A DNA stretch of 64,000 nucleotides, from the NCBI RefSeq assembly GCF_037042905.1, contig NC_087245.1, forward strand, positions 18,168,001 through 18,232,000. The letters are read 5' to 3'. Of this stretch, positions 38,501 to 49,715 are shown one piece after another. A model generated the notes under the pieces. It was not told where the DNA came from. It searched no databases and saw nothing but the letters and a program-made list of their open reading frames with translations. Position 1 is the first letter of the stretch. The number at the start of each line of letters is the position of its first letter. Position numbers and translations under genes: made by a program. Source of the DNA: Lytechinus pictus (taxonomy: Eukaryota).

Positions 38501-41500
38501 GTTCTGAGTTCTCCTACGTGATGGAGGATCCACAGCTTCATATGTTTTCAGTACAGCTAGCAACCATGGTGGACATCAGGTGGCAATGTATATCCTTTTG
38601 AACAAATGCAATTCATTTTTGAGCGTTTATAGTTATTGCTTTTTTTCCTTGATTGCATCCCCCTAAAAAATGTGTCGACCGACCCTAATTTTCATTGTTT
38701 TGCTTACTTCTTTTCTTGATTGCATCCCCCTAAAAAAATGTGTCGACCGACCCTAATTTTAATTGTTTTGCCTACTTCTTTTCTTGATTGCATCCCCCTA
38801 AAAAATGTGTCGACCGACCCTAATTTTCATTGTTTTGCCTACTTCTTTTCTTGATTGCATCCCCCTAAAAAATGTGTCGACCGACCCTAATTTTCATTGT
38901 TTTGCCTACTTCTTTTCTTGATTGCATCCCCCTAAAAAATGTGTCGACCGACCCTAATTTTCATTGTTTTGCCTACTTCTTTTCTTGATTGCATCCCCCT
39001 AAAAAATGTGTCGACCGACCCTAATTTTAATTGTTTTGCCTACTTCTTTTCTTAATTGCATCCCCCTAAAAAAATGTGTCGACCGACCCTAATTTTCATT
39101 GTTTTGCCTACTCCTTTTCTTGATAGCATCCCCCTAAAAAATGTGTCGACCGACCCTAATTTTCATTGTTTTGCCTACTTTTTTTTTCTTGTTTACTGAT
39201 GAATGGCGCAGTAGAATATCACCTATGACATGGGAAGGTACATGTAGGGGGCAAGATCTATTGACCCATTTTTTTTAACCTCCATTACAGCAAACAATTT
39301 TTTTTTTTAGGCCTGAATGTCCCCCTTCTCTTTGATTTACTTTTGTGACTTTTCAGATCCAATCATCTCTTTGACTAAAGTTGTTGCTTTTTCCGAGTTT
39401 GTTTCTGAGTTTCATTGCACCATGTCTGAGTTAGCCTTTGTGAACTTAGAATCATGCATGTAATCTATCAGATCAAATAATAACTGATGAAGTCAAGTGT
39501 TCCCTGCAAAAGTCTGCTTGAAATTGACATACAAATTTCTTGGGACCACAAGAATCTATTCGGCAAAAGAGAATTTGAATTATTGAAGCCTGACTTATGC
39601 AATATTAATAAATATTTTTTAATATTTGTTTATGTCCTTGCCATAAGGTATTTTTTAATCTACATTCACCTTGAATATATGGGAAGGAGCAGATGCTGCT
39701 ATTTCATATTGGCCTTTAATTTTAGATGTAATCTTAGCTCAAATAATTATCCATGGAGTTCTAAATGTTATTGTTATAACTTTGATGACTGCTTTTTACA
39801 AAGTATTCTCCTTGACAATCTTGCCTCACCCCATCAATGGCAAACATGGGGACGCATCTGTGGAGGGTCTGAGGTTATCTCAAGAGGAATTAGACAACAT
39901 TGTTCCGTTCCCTGTTTGGTGGGATGTTCAGATCAACGGCGAGGCTCACATGGTAGGAGAACCGGTCACTGCCAACCAGGGGGAACCTCTAAACATAGCT
40001 GTCTCGGTCACAAGTAAAACAGGTAAGTGCCATTCCATTTAAAGAAATATTCAAGAAACTTTGTTCTGTCATGGACTGTTCGAAATATTTACCATACCCT
40101 TGCTCATTCAGTGAATGAAACTGCTGTCCAACCCATGTGAGAAATTCCTTTACCCTCAGAACATTTCAAGTGCGATTTCAAGAGTTTTTTAACGGAGGAA
40201 TTTTTAAAAACGAAACACCACTTCAGAAATTCAGTATTTTTCTTGAATAAATTATTGAATTATGCCTGCATTTTGCTTTCCAGCGGAGTTATGATGAAGC
40301 CCATCAGAAGCAGAACTAGAAAATTGAAGTGCTTACGTGGAATTTTGACAACCCATGAGAGTCCTTTTGAAATCCATTATCCTGCAAGTGATATGTACAT
40401 TTTGTGGTAGTTTTATACTACTCTGGTGCAAACACTACCATCCATGTTTTTTTTAATTAGTATTAAATGTGAAGGTGTGTGGGAATATTTTGAATTTTGT
40501 TGTACAACTTTTTGGGTATTTCTGAATACCCTAAATAAACCTTTCCCCCATTTTGTTCAAATGTTTATTTGTAGATGTATGTGTTGGCCCAGTTGAGCTG
40601 AGTACATTTGTCTACTTGGATCATGAGAATGAAAAGAAGGAGATAAATCCAGCTGATAAAGTAACTTGTTTAGGAACTACCTCAAGAGTCATTAAACAGG
40701 TAAGAATCGTAGAATGATTTTTAAGGTGTCTAACAGATCGTGCAGGATCCATTCAGTGACAATGCTATTTTAACAGCAGATTTTATCCTAAATAAATGCA
40801 ATAATGATTTTTTTTTTTAATGACCCTTAGCTTGTTTTTTCCTTCCAATTAGTATTCTGCATACACTTTCGTGTCCAGATTCAGGCATGCCAGGCACACT
40901 TTGCAGAATGGCAATGTCTGCATTACGGTTCTTAGAAATTAGCAAATTGTAGATGGAATGATACCTTATTTGAGGAACAGTTACTTTTATGTTCATGTAT
41001 CATGGTTTGGACAGTATTACTCCTCATAAACAGGTCCTTCAGAGAGGATGTAAAGCTCTTAGTTATTTAATTGCATATTTTTGCAAGCATTCATTCTTTC
41101 CTAGCAGTGAAGTGAATTATACCACCAACCACAAAATCACCATCATGTTGTGTGATTAATGTAAATTATGCAACATACGGCATAGTTTTGGTGTATGGGT
41201 ATTGAAACAATAACATTGTCTGTGTTCAGGGATATTTCGATGCCATATATGTATACTTATCCAGAAATACCGGTTAGTGATGTCCACCTCACATTGTAGA
41301 AAGAATTTTATTACAAACAATTACTATGTATAAATGTACTGCATGTAATTCATACATTGCCTGATATGGTAAAGACATCATCTAGGTCTTCATGGCCGAA
41401 AGTGTATGAAGCTGAGGTGAAGAATGTCTTTCAATGGGACAGCGAGTTAGCTGGCTCCACTCAATAATTGAAATATTTCTGTTGAGTTCTTTTCACCTTT

Positions 41501-41917
41501 CCAAATCAAATCTTAAAAGATTAATGCACTTTCCATATTGGAGATAATAAACCTTTTATACCTCTGAACATGTCTATCTCAAAATTATGATTTAAGAGCC
41601 TCTGGATTACTGCTTTTTACTTTAAATGGTTGGCAGCTCTGTTGTAACATTTGCTGACTTTGGCATGTTAAAAATCATCTTCATTGATATTTCAACTTTG
41701 TTTACTTTGTCTCCTCTAGTTTGACAGCAACCAGTCTGCAAGTCACGAATGTACCTTCATATTCCTCTATCACGGCATCTACAAGGTAGGAATCACATTC
41801 AAAGAGTTAAATCACCAGTCTGAACCTATCTCATCTAACACACAGCACAGCATAGTATTAGAGAGGGAGGAGAGAGTGTGGAAGTACAGGCCACCGGTCG
41901 AGGTGCAGGTACAGTGA
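19970..41917 (+). CDS. TRAPPC9: Trafficking protein particle complex subunit 9 (NIBP/Trs120), complete CDS in 21 exons, 1156 aa
   Basis: Exons join in frame (3471 nt): MSIADY...[12 protein letters not shown]...LESKRLD...[11 protein letters not shown]...[18 protein letters not shown]...SPFIYTP...[11 protein letters not shown]...YSGG...DASVEGL...FLYHGIY...PPVEVQVQ*; motifs recognisable as metazoan TRAPPC9. Confidence 0.95.
21067..22051 (+). mobile_element. Helentron-associated (HINE/DINE-1/Tsp-like) non-autonomous element
   Basis: T-run 5' end, subterminal IR GTCTCACCTGCAT (21072) / ATGCAGGTGAGAC (22017), (GGC)n microsatellite, internal 160-190 bp tandem repeats, CTTGTT end. Confidence 0.75.
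22211..22356 (+). CDS. TRAPPC9: TRAPPC9 coding exon 2 ([17 protein letters not shown]...WLWMA)
   Basis: CAG / GTATGT boundaries, phases 2 and 1. Confidence 0.93.
22737..22874 (+). CDS. TRAPPC9: TRAPPC9 coding exon 3 ([11 protein letters not shown]...LHRT)
   Basis: CAG / GTGAGT boundaries. Confidence 0.9.
23164..23285 (+). CDS. TRAPPC9: TRAPPC9 coding exon 4 (...[21 protein letters not shown])
   Basis: CAG / GTGAGT boundaries. Confidence 0.9.
23360..24754. mobile_element. Non-autonomous DNA transposon
   Basis: TIR core CGCGTAGCCAGG / CCTGGCTACGCG. Confidence 0.75.
25500..25568 (+). CDS. TRAPPC9: TRAPPC9 coding exon 5 ([23 protein letters not shown])
   Basis: CAG / GTATGT boundaries, phase 0-0. 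Confidence 0.9.
25792..26193. mobile_element. MITE
   Basis: TIR GGGCGATTCCA / TGGAATCGCCC; internal GTCCCGTACGACAC repeats. Confidence 0.75.
27948..28112. repeat. Two-copy perfect tandem duplication of about 83 bp
   Basis: AAAGACTAACATGACATTGAAG...GGTATGGTATGATGT repeated back to back. Confidence 0.9.
28483..28683 (+). CDS. TRAPPC9: TRAPPC9 coding exon 6 ([11 protein letters not shown]...SSWAM)
   Basis: CAG / GTTAGT boundaries; [18 protein letters not shown] motif. Confidence 0.93.
29560..29629 (+). CDS. TRAPPC9: TRAPPC9 coding exon 7 ([23 protein letters not shown])
   Basis: CAG / GTAAAT boundaries. Confidence 0.88.
29962..30132. mobile_element. Palindromic MITE
   Basis: GTTTCATAAAGCTGTTCGTAAGTTAAGA / TCTTAACTTACGAGCAGCTTTATGAAAC. 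Confidence 0.8.
30595..30688 (+). CDS. TRAPPC9: TRAPPC9 coding exon 8 (VPHGWLMLQ...[10 protein letters not shown])
   Basis: TAG / GTAGGC boundaries. Confidence 0.9.
30994..31597. mobile_element. About 600-bp fold-back MITE with TTAA target (Kolobok-like AGG...CCT ends)
   Basis: TTAA-AGGACAAGTCCACCCC ... GGGGTGGCCTTGACCT-TTAA; same family at 48578 and 60748. Confidence 0.85.
32236..32830 (+). repeat. Degenerate about 120-bp repeat spanning the TRAPPC9 exon 9 acceptor
   Basis: CCTGATTGA...GGTATCT.TCATTCTTGCT...CATTCTCCACT units starting near 32236, 32338, 32459 and 32766. Confidence 0.8.
32803..32979 (+). CDS. TRAPPC9: TRAPPC9 coding exon 9 (YLSFLLH...VPFTSFPVV)
   Basis: TAG / GTAAGT boundaries. 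Confidence 0.92.
33973..34133 (+). CDS. TRAPPC9: TRAPPC9 coding exon 10 (SFQLIRL...SPFIYTPL...SKV)
   Basis: CAG / GTGAGT boundaries. Confidence 0.9.
34592..34677 (+). CDS. TRAPPC9: TRAPPC9 coding exon 11 ([28 protein letters not shown])
   Basis: CAG / GTAAGT boundaries. Confidence 0.93.
35130..35470 (+). CDS. TRAPPC9: TRAPPC9 coding exon 12 (GFLVEGLKF...SLLTGE)
   Basis: CAG / GTACAT boundaries; [13 protein letters not shown] motif. Confidence 0.93.
35951..36033 (+). CDS. TRAPPC9: TRAPPC9 coding exon 13 (CECEVRITN...LDCDL)
   Basis: CAG / GTGAGT boundaries, phases fit. Confidence 0.85.
36499..36630 (+). CDS. TRAPPC9: TRAPPC9 coding exon 14 ([18 protein letters not shown]...)
   Basis: TAG / GTAAGT boundaries (alternative donor possible at 36616). 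Confidence 0.87.
36828..36970 (+). CDS. TRAPPC9: TRAPPC9 coding exon 15 (Ser/Pro-rich linker NVPPTPT...RLQQ)
   Basis: TAG / GTAGAA boundaries; needed to keep frame between exons 14 and 16. Confidence 0.8.
37473..37612 (+). CDS. TRAPPC9: TRAPPC9 coding exon 16 ([13 protein letters not shown]...IPAT)
   Basis: CAG / GTAAGT boundaries. Confidence 0.92.
38031..38144 (+). CDS. TRAPPC9: TRAPPC9 coding exon 17 ([14 protein letters not shown]...KTK)
   Basis: CAG / GTAACT boundaries. Confidence 0.9.
38448..38589 (+). CDS. TRAPPC9: TRAPPC9 coding exon 18 (MAVRVDRF...DIRWQC), ends at U12 donor
   Basis: TAG acceptor; followed by ATATCCTTTT. Confidence 0.88.
38590..39829 (+). other. U12-type (minor spliceosome) AT-AC intron, TRAPPC9 intron 18, 1240 nt
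   Basis: 5' ATATCCTTT; branch site TCCTTGAC at 39809-39816; 3' end CAC at 39827-39829; phase-0 join gives [18 protein letters not shown]. Confidence 0.9.
38643..39190. repeat. Minisatellite, 8 copies of a 67-68 bp unit
   Basis: TTGATTGCATCCCCCTAAAAAATGTGTCGACCGACCCTAATTTTCATTGTTTTGCCTACTTCTTTTC repeated with few differences. Confidence 0.95.
39830..40022 (+). CDS. TRAPPC9: TRAPPC9 coding exon 19 ([14 protein letters not shown]...WDVQING...TSKT)
   Basis: AC acceptor; GTAAGT donor. Confidence 0.88.
40575..40699 (+). CDS. TRAPPC9: TRAPPC9 coding exon 20 (VCVGPVEL...DHEN...VIKQ)
   Basis: TAG / GTAAGA boundaries. Confidence 0.88.
41720..41917 (+). CDS. TRAPPC9: TRAPPC9 terminal coding exon 21 ([21 protein letters not shown]...VQVQ*)
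   Basis: TAG acceptor, TGA stop, AATAAA about 95 nt downstream. Confidence 0.88.
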   Translation, partial: FDSNQSASHECTFIFLYHGIYKVGITFKELNHQSEPISSNTQHSIVLEREERVWKYRPPVEVQVQ

Positions 41918-42012
41918 AGGTGCATTCACATGTGGAGAAATATTGCACAGTTACATTTTTTTTACATGGTGTAAATGACTGAAATTATGTGCTCTATGTT
42001 ATGATATTAATT

Positions 42013-42018
42013 AATAAA
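42013..42018 (+). terminator. Candidate polyadenylation signal of TRAPPC9
   Basis: First AATAAA after the stop codon; a second one follows near 42054. Confidence 0.4.
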
Positions 42019-43006
42019 AATTGCTGCACTATGTCATTCCCCCCCCCAAAAAAAATAAAAAAATCCATATCTGCCAATACGTTTGATTCCAACTCATGAA
42101 TTTTGTGAAATCTTGGAAATTTTTTCAGTATTTTTTTCTAATTATTGGATGAGTTCATAATACTTATGGCCATTATAACTCATGTGAACAGCATTACTTT
42201 TAAATGTATTTTCACCGGTAGTTTTTCCATAATGTGGATATTTCTAAGGCCCATCTCAAATAGTTTATTGCAGAAATTTTGCCCATGTCTCTTTCATGCT
42301 ACATTGTACGGAATGAATAAAATCAAATTAAGTTAAATAAACCAGACCCCACTCCCCCTACACTCATATACACTAAACAAACAATGAAACCAACACCAAC
42401 ATCAAAACAAACCAACAACATGCAAGAAAGAGAACAACAAGCAAAATAAAACAAAACAAGCAAAAAATATACAACACAAAGTCTACACCGGCACAGCAGA
42501 CAGGTAAACTCTTTAAGCGTTCACATTCTCGGCAGCATCCTCCCCCGTTCTGTTTTTAAAAGGATGGTCTGTCACTCAGTGGCACTGAAAGTGTGGGGAG
42601 GAATAAGCTGCTAGAGTGTAACCTGCCGCTAGATAGTAAGTCCTGTCTTAGTGACTGAAAAGTAGTACGTTAGAACCGGCACTTGCTTTTTTCACAAAAT
42701 GAGTCTAAATATGCTCAGCAGTTTATGAATTATACGTAATTTTTGTGTATTACTCTTGATGCATACAGGGAACAATATCTGAGAGTATGAGGGAAAATCA
42801 AACTCATTTTTAATCGCAAATTGTCAAAAACCCTCCCTCGATCCACTTGCAATCGTAATGCAACTTCACGAATTAGACATTTGAACAGTGCATGTTTACT
42901 TCTAGCTACAACTTCTGTAGCAGACTGGGCCCGCTACACAAACGCAGTGTAAGGCTTTGACCTGCAGTTGTCGCTGAAACACGTTCTGTATGATAGGCCC
43001 TACATA

Positions 43007-43765
43007 CAGTCCGACCTCTCTTAACCGGACACGTTGGGACAGCACCAATCCGGATAAGGGATTTATCCGGATCTGGGAGACCCAATATTAAATACACGCA
43101 GCTGCTGCCTCAGCTCCCCATACGGCGGTAGCTACACGTTATTTATTGTAGCGGGCGCGTGTACAGACAGTAATCATTGCAGTGTCAGTGCAAATTATAG
43201 GCGGTATTTTTACGGAAATGAAATCGATCGATGGCCAAAACTGTTGGATAATTTACCTGCTAAAATGGTTGAGGTATACATCGAGCATACCTCTAAAGAA
43301 AAAAAATGACTCGAAACAAAGTTTTACAATTAGATCATCGCGGCGGGTATCGCAGCTTCGCAATGTCAGCCATTGTTATACTGACTGTAGGCTCAAACAT
43401 GATAGATGGCGCTGTCTGTATTGAGGCCTAGTGTTAGCTAGCGAGACATGTGCTGTTTTTCTTGGGAAACAAAAAGAGAACGTGATGAAATGTTTGCGCT
43501 GTGCCCTGATTTACTGGAAAATTGTCCTGCCTAAGTTCTTCCGGTGATTTGGGTGAGATATTTTCATGAAAAATAATGTTGTTGTATGTAGACTATATTG
43601 AAAAATATGTAATAAAAGTGAGTTTGCGTATAGGAATGAGTTTAGATTGAAATCTCATTTCCTCACACATTACATTGAATTGAAAGAAAAAAAATCTCGG
43701 CAAGTGTGCGTCCGGATAATAGAGAGCTCCGGGTAAGGGGAGGCCGGATAAGAGAGGTCGGACTG
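43007..43765. mobile_element. Tc1/mariner (Tigger-like) non-autonomous element
   Basis: TA-CAGTCCGACCTCTCTTA.CCGG ... CCGG.TAAGAGAGGTCGGACTG-TA. Confidence 0.85.
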
Positions 43766-44163
43766 TATAAGTTTTAAAGATATTAATATCTTGACTTTCA
43801 TCGATTTGCCTCTGAAAACAAAGGCAACTACTGTTTGACCACATGACCACATTCTTGAATTGAATTGCCTTTTTAAACTTGAAATTAAATTTGTAATTAT
43901 TGAATAATTCATTATTGATACAAAGGTTGCCATGGAACAGGGATGGGGAGGACACTTGACATTAATGTATATGGTGGTATCTATACATATATGTATACAC
44001 AAATGTTGCTTGTTCAAAACCTTCAACAAAATTGGGTCTACAGTGTACATTTACGTGTACATTTATGACATAGGATTGAATTGAATAAATCCTACATGAT
44101 ATTGTTGGTTAATTGACTGATTACTGATTTTGAGCAAGGAATTGAAAGGTCACTTCACCTTAA

Positions 44164-44758
44164 AGGGAAATCCAGCCTTGGCCATAAAATGTTGTGTTGG
44201 GAAGGAGAAAAATAAATTAAACAGAATGGTGAAAGTTTGAAAGAAATTGGTCAAGCAATAACAAAGTTATAGCTGCTTTAAAATGGAGATCACTAATACT
44301 ATGTAGATTTCAAATTGGCAACTGGGTAAGTAAATTATGACAAGGGGCGAGGACAACTTTCCCATAGGCCATGTACTTTATTATCAGGGATTTGTGGTTT
44401 TCTCCTAAGTACCCATTCCCCTGGGGCAGTAATCTAAATATAACCCAGGTAGTATATTGTTTTATGTTCTCATGAAAGAAAAATATAATTTGAAATAACA
44501 TTTTTGGGAAAAATGACATTTTAGCCATAATATGTATTGGAGTACATGGAAGAGTAGTCCTTGCCTTATATCACTATAACATCCCATATGTGGCCAATTT
44601 GAAGTCTCCATGGGTATAGTGATTACCAATATTTACAACTTTTAACATTTCATAACTTTCTTGTTGTTTGTCCAATATTGTTCAAACTTTTACCTATCAA
44701 TTTGTCTGATTTTTCTTTTCCTTATAAAAACAAGTTTTTATTTGGGTTGGATTCCCCT
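44164..44758. mobile_element. TTAA-target MITE (Kolobok-like)
   Basis: TTAA-AGGGAAATCCAGCC ... GGTTGGATTCCCCT-TTAA. Confidence 0.8.
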
Positions 44759-47700
44759 TTAAGTTCCAATTAGCAGTCGTTGAGATACACAATTGTTCCC
44801 ACCCATGACAAGATACATGAGTTTGTATGCGTGGGACTAAGCAAACATTCTTTCTAAGGTCAGATAAAAATTCTATTCACAGTCAGAGCCAGCACACCTG
44901 ATTTAAATCAGAATAATATATTGCCTGAATTAATGATTCATAACAATTCTGAGCCATGGTTATTGAAATGGAAAACATGGAAGAACAGATTTTCACTCAC
45001 ACAGCAGTGCCATGTGCCACAATATCTATAGGAAGAAGCATACAATACAGAGTGTGATAGATATGATTTTCATGAAAAACATGCATATAAAGTTAAAAGT
45101 GCTAAAAGCATTTACTAAAATTCTGTCCCTCTGATACTAAAAATCGTACTGTAATAAAGACTTTCAACTAAAATAGCTTTACGAATACGATTGAATCGTG
45201 CTAGTTGGCATGTATGATAATGTATAGTTGTTTGGGCTTCTGATATGGTCTTTAAGACTTTATTTAGAGTTGAAGAATATTTTGTCCCTATTCATCACAC
45301 TCCATACTAAATCCAGTTTGAATATTGTCAGTTTGATTAGATATCACCATCACAAATCAAGTTGGGACATGTTAAGCTGTAACTGACGTAGGAATACACC
45401 TTTTCGATATTCTTCCGCTCATTCTCCTTCCCTCCAACTTAAATCCATTTGAACAGGGTTATTTCAGCTATCTGATGATACATGGACTATAATGCTGGTC
45501 ATTATCAGTGTGTACTGTCAGGTAATGAATTAATTAGTGTCACCAACATAATTTTGATGGATGTGTCTGACTTGTGTTTTCCATAAAAAATGTTTAATGC
45601 ATGTAGCTCATTGAGCGGATGGGAGTAATTTTTTTCTTTAAGTTAGCCTAGAAAATTAAGTTCTCAGTGAAGAATCCATATAACTCTCCTCTAGTTTCCT
45701 GCAGTTTAATGTTTGCAAGAATATGAAATCTATTTTCACACACATGCAAACATTTCCTAATAGAAGTGACAGGAAACCTCACATAGAGAGAGAGGTAGAA
45801 ATAAAACCTTACATAGAGAGAGAGAGATGATATTTATAGAGGGAAAGATAAAATCCTTGGTAGCATAGGAAAAAGATAGATGGAATTATCAAGGGCAGAA
45901 GTAAGGGATGAGTGTATCCAGGAAAAAGATGAGGAGGATTAGACAGATTAAGACAGGTTAAAAGGCAAATGATAGATTTTACATGATAGGCAAATCGTTC
46001 ATCAACATTTAATCTCTCTACATGTGTATCTTAACTATACTATGTACATGTACTTGTCATGTTACAAGTCTTGTCTGCATCTATGTGAACTGTGATTGTG
46101 CTATGCACCTGATGCAGAGTTATGGACTATTTCACCCTCAGCATAGCCAAATCGACTCCCTATCATGTACATGTACATGTAACTTCCTAAAAACCCCAAG
46201 GTAGCCATTTTTCAGACTGTCCCCAAAATCTACCACAAAAAGCATTCACAAGATTTATGTACTACGTGTATGTACAACAGAATATCAGCATTCTTTTAGT
46301 CTCAAACTCATTAACTTTCTAAGAATGAACAAAAGCACATGTAAAACTAGTGTTTTTTAGAATATTTGGACAATGTAATGTTGGGGAAAGGAGTTGAGGT
46401 AGTCAGCGTTACATGTACTATACTTGCATATGTATCAGTTAATAGGCACATTATGGAGGGTCATACTGTTGTGTGACAAACTGAGCTACGATCACAGTCA
46501 CTTTTTATGCATTGGAAGTCCAAAATCTGAATGAAAGTTTTCAGCTAGTATTTAAAGCAATTTGAGTAATTGTTATGACTACCTTGAATTTTAAACAAAA
46601 AAAAGTGTTTAAATTTGTTATGTTATAGCAGCTTGGTCACTTTTATCAGCATTAACAACCGGTAAATGGGAGATAGATACATTGGATGATTTGTAATGCT
46701 GTATGCTGGCTTGATTACTTGCTATTTATTATAGCTATGTAATACTTTGTTAAGTGTTTCTTGTAGATTTTAATTTGCAATAGGAGAATGGTAAAAATTT
46801 GAAGAATCGTATAGTGAAGATACACAGAGCCTTTGGTGCTCGAATGCATGTGTTGTTCAGATGCATACAGTATATTTGATCATGTGATACATTTACATAT
46901 TTTATATGATTTTTCTACTTTACAGCTGAAATATTCATTTTTTTTTTCATTGTACAAGATGTGTATATATCATTTTATAAAGAATATTTGACGAAATTTG
47001 AAAGATAGTGGCATGTGACTTTCTATGTGAGTGGTTCAATATTGAAAGGCTTACATTCTTTGATGATAAGGGACAAATTATGTTTTATTTGATGATAGTG
47101 AGTCTTTAACGGAAAACATTCTGATTCCTGATTTAACAGTAAGTTGAATATTATTTTCTTCTACACACTTTTTTGTGTGAATGACTTATGATGTGTCCAT
47201 TTCAAAGAGTAAAATATTTTATACATTGAATTAAATGCATATCACCAAAGAAAACCTTACACATTTTAATTTGGGACAATTTACAAAGATAATTATCACA
47301 TTTATGTGTGCAGATTCCTCCCCCCCCCCCCCAAGTTCTATTATGATAAGGAAGGGAAAAGAAGGAGAGAAAAAAAGAAAGAAAATATTTTAATGTTGTC
47401 ATTTTCTAGATATTATGTTAATATCTACCATAAAAGTCTACCATAAAATTAGATTTCCAATTTAAAAAGCTCAAAATTCTGCTTGCTTGCTTTGTTCACT
47501 CATGACTTTAGAAATTATGCTACACACACCATGATTGCCCCCCCTCAAAATGTTTGGCTCATTATGCCACTGCATTATCTTAATCTAGGAAACCTGATTT
47601 CTGATAATTATTAGAGTTTGGAAAGGATGTTGAAATTATTGAAGAAAGAAATTAACAAAGACAAGTTTAGTGCCATATGCCTATGATAAATCAGGCATGA

Positions 47701-47765
47701 TAATTCCCCTCAGAAAAATAAGTCTTAAAGAAAGCTTCTGCGCTCAGTTGGCAGGATAACGCTGT

Positions 47766-48120
47766 GGAAGCGCTGTGGTGTAGCGGTTCTGACTCTCGCC
47801 TTGTAATCAGAGGGTCGTGTGGTCGAATCCCACCATGGTCTAGCGTCCTTTGGCAAGGCGTCTATCCACAATTTGCCACTCTCCACCCAGGTGTTAAATG
47901 GGTACCCGGTAGGATGCGAAAGCCTATGTAGTATGCCTAGCAATTGAGTCTTGGAACTCTTGTTGGAATGCTCCCCAGGGAGTGGAGAAGGTGCATATTG
48001 TATGCGGGCATGCAAGGATCCGATGACCGGGGTAATAATATATCTGTAAAGCGCTTAGAGACATCGTTCCGATGTGTTAAGCGCTATATAAATGCGGAAT
48101 ATTATTATTATTATTATTAT
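47766..48120 (+). mobile_element. tRNA-derived SINE, full length
   Basis: A box TGGTGTAGCGG, B box GGTCGAATCC, CCACCCAGGTG..AAATGGGTACC core, (TAT)n tail. Confidence 0.85.
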
Positions 48121-48459
48121 AACAAGAAAAGGTGAGATGGAAGGTCAAATGGCCAATAACCATTTTGGCTCTTTGCTTAACAAGAAAATGAATCACAAGG
48201 CCTCAAAATATAATAAATTAATAAAACTTAATAATTTCTAGGTGTAATGAATTTTATAAGAAGTCATCCCACATATCAGTGCCCTTTATTTGATAGTTTG
48301 GGTGTGGCACTGTTTTTATTTTCTGTAAGTCAAAATGAATAGAAAAATACCAAAAATAGAATTAAAAAAAAAGAAAAATTCTGTCCAGCAAGCAGTTGAC
48401 ATCTCTATTATTGAGTCCAGTAGAAATTCTCAATTATAATTGGGAATTGCTACTGGAAA

Positions 48460-49715
48460 GGAGGGGATTATCATTCATTTACCAGATTTATGAAGAGTAT
48501 GCCTTTGCTATCTTAATTAGCATGCATTAAGATTTTGATTTAAAACAGGAACTGAACAGCGGAATAGTTACAATTAAAGGACAAGTCCACCCCAACAAAA
48601 ATTGATTTGAATAAAAAGAGAAAAATCCAACAAGCATAACACTGAAAATTTCATCAAAATCGGATGTAAAATAAGAAAGTTATAACATTTTCAAATTTCG
48701 CTTAATTTCACAAAACAGTTATATGCACATCCTGGTTGGTATGCAAATGAGGAGACTGATGACGTCATCCACTCACTATTTCTTTTGTATTTCATTATAT
48801 GAAATATGAAATATTCTAATTGTTTTTTTCCTCATTGTCAAGTGAAACAGTGATTAATTCCTCCCTGAACATGTGGAATTAGCATTGTTTAATACTATAT
48901 GATTCAGTCAAGTCGGTCCCTATGGTCAAATCTGTAAAAAATGAAAAATTGTATAATTTAAACAATAAAAAACAAAAGAAATAGTGAGTGATGGACATCA
49001 TCGACTGACTCATTTGCATGTCACTGATTTGTGCATATCACTGTTTTGTGAAAAATAAGCGTAACTTTAAAATGCCATAACTTTCCTAACTTACATCCGA
49101 TTTTGTTGAAATTTTCAGTGTTATGTTTGTTGGATTTTTCTCTATTTATTCAAATCAACATTTTGCTGGGGTGGACTTGACCTTTAAAAAAATTACAGAC
49201 AACAAGAGGATTACCATTCAATTATCAGATTTATGGGGAATATGCATTTCCTATCTTAACTAACATGCATTGAGAGTTTGGTTTTAAATAGGAACTGAAC
49301 AGCGGAATAGTTACAATTAAAAAAAATTACAGACAACAAGAGGATTACCATTCAATTATCGAATTTATGGGGAATATGCATTTCCTATCTTAACTAACAT
49401 GCATTGAGAGTTTGGTTTTAAATAGGAACTGAACAGCGGAATAGTTACAATTAAAAAAAATTACAGACAACAAGAGGATTACCATTCAATTATCGAATTT
49501 ATGGGGAATATGCATTTCCTATCTTAACTAGCATGCATTGAGAGTTCGGTTTTAAAAAGAACTGAACAGCGGAATAGTTACAATTAAAAACAAATTACAG
49601 ACAAGAGGATTAGCATTCAATTATCAGATTTATGGGGAATATGCATTTCCTATCTTAACTAGCATGCATTGAGAGTTTGGTTTTAAATAGGAACTGAACA
49701 GCTGAATAGTTAAAA
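48460..49715. repeat. About 134-bp tandem repeat, 4-5 copies, first unit interrupted by a MITE
   Basis: GAACTGAACAGC at 48549, 49292, 49426, 49559, 49691. Confidence 0.9.
48578..49183. mobile_element. Fold-back TTAA-target MITE (same family as 30994..31597)
   Basis: TTAA-AGGACAAGTCCACCCC ... GGGGTGGACTTGACCT-TTAA. Confidence 0.88.

Noticed and set aside
38643..39190. Regular repeat array as a possible CRISPR
   Set aside because: Units are head-to-tail with no unique spacers, no cas genes, and lie in a eukaryotic intron.
39671..39829. Upstream hydrophobic part of ORF 39671..40042 as coding
   Set aside because: It is the 3' part of the U12 intron; TRAPPC9 similarity begins at 39830.
47766..47840. 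tRNA gene
   Set aside because: A/B boxes continue into a SINE body and (TAT)n tail, with diverged copies at 50373 and 54318; SINE head, not a tRNA.
48460..49715. 134-bp repeats as CRISPR or gene array
   Set aside because: Plain tandem repeat without spacers or ORF.
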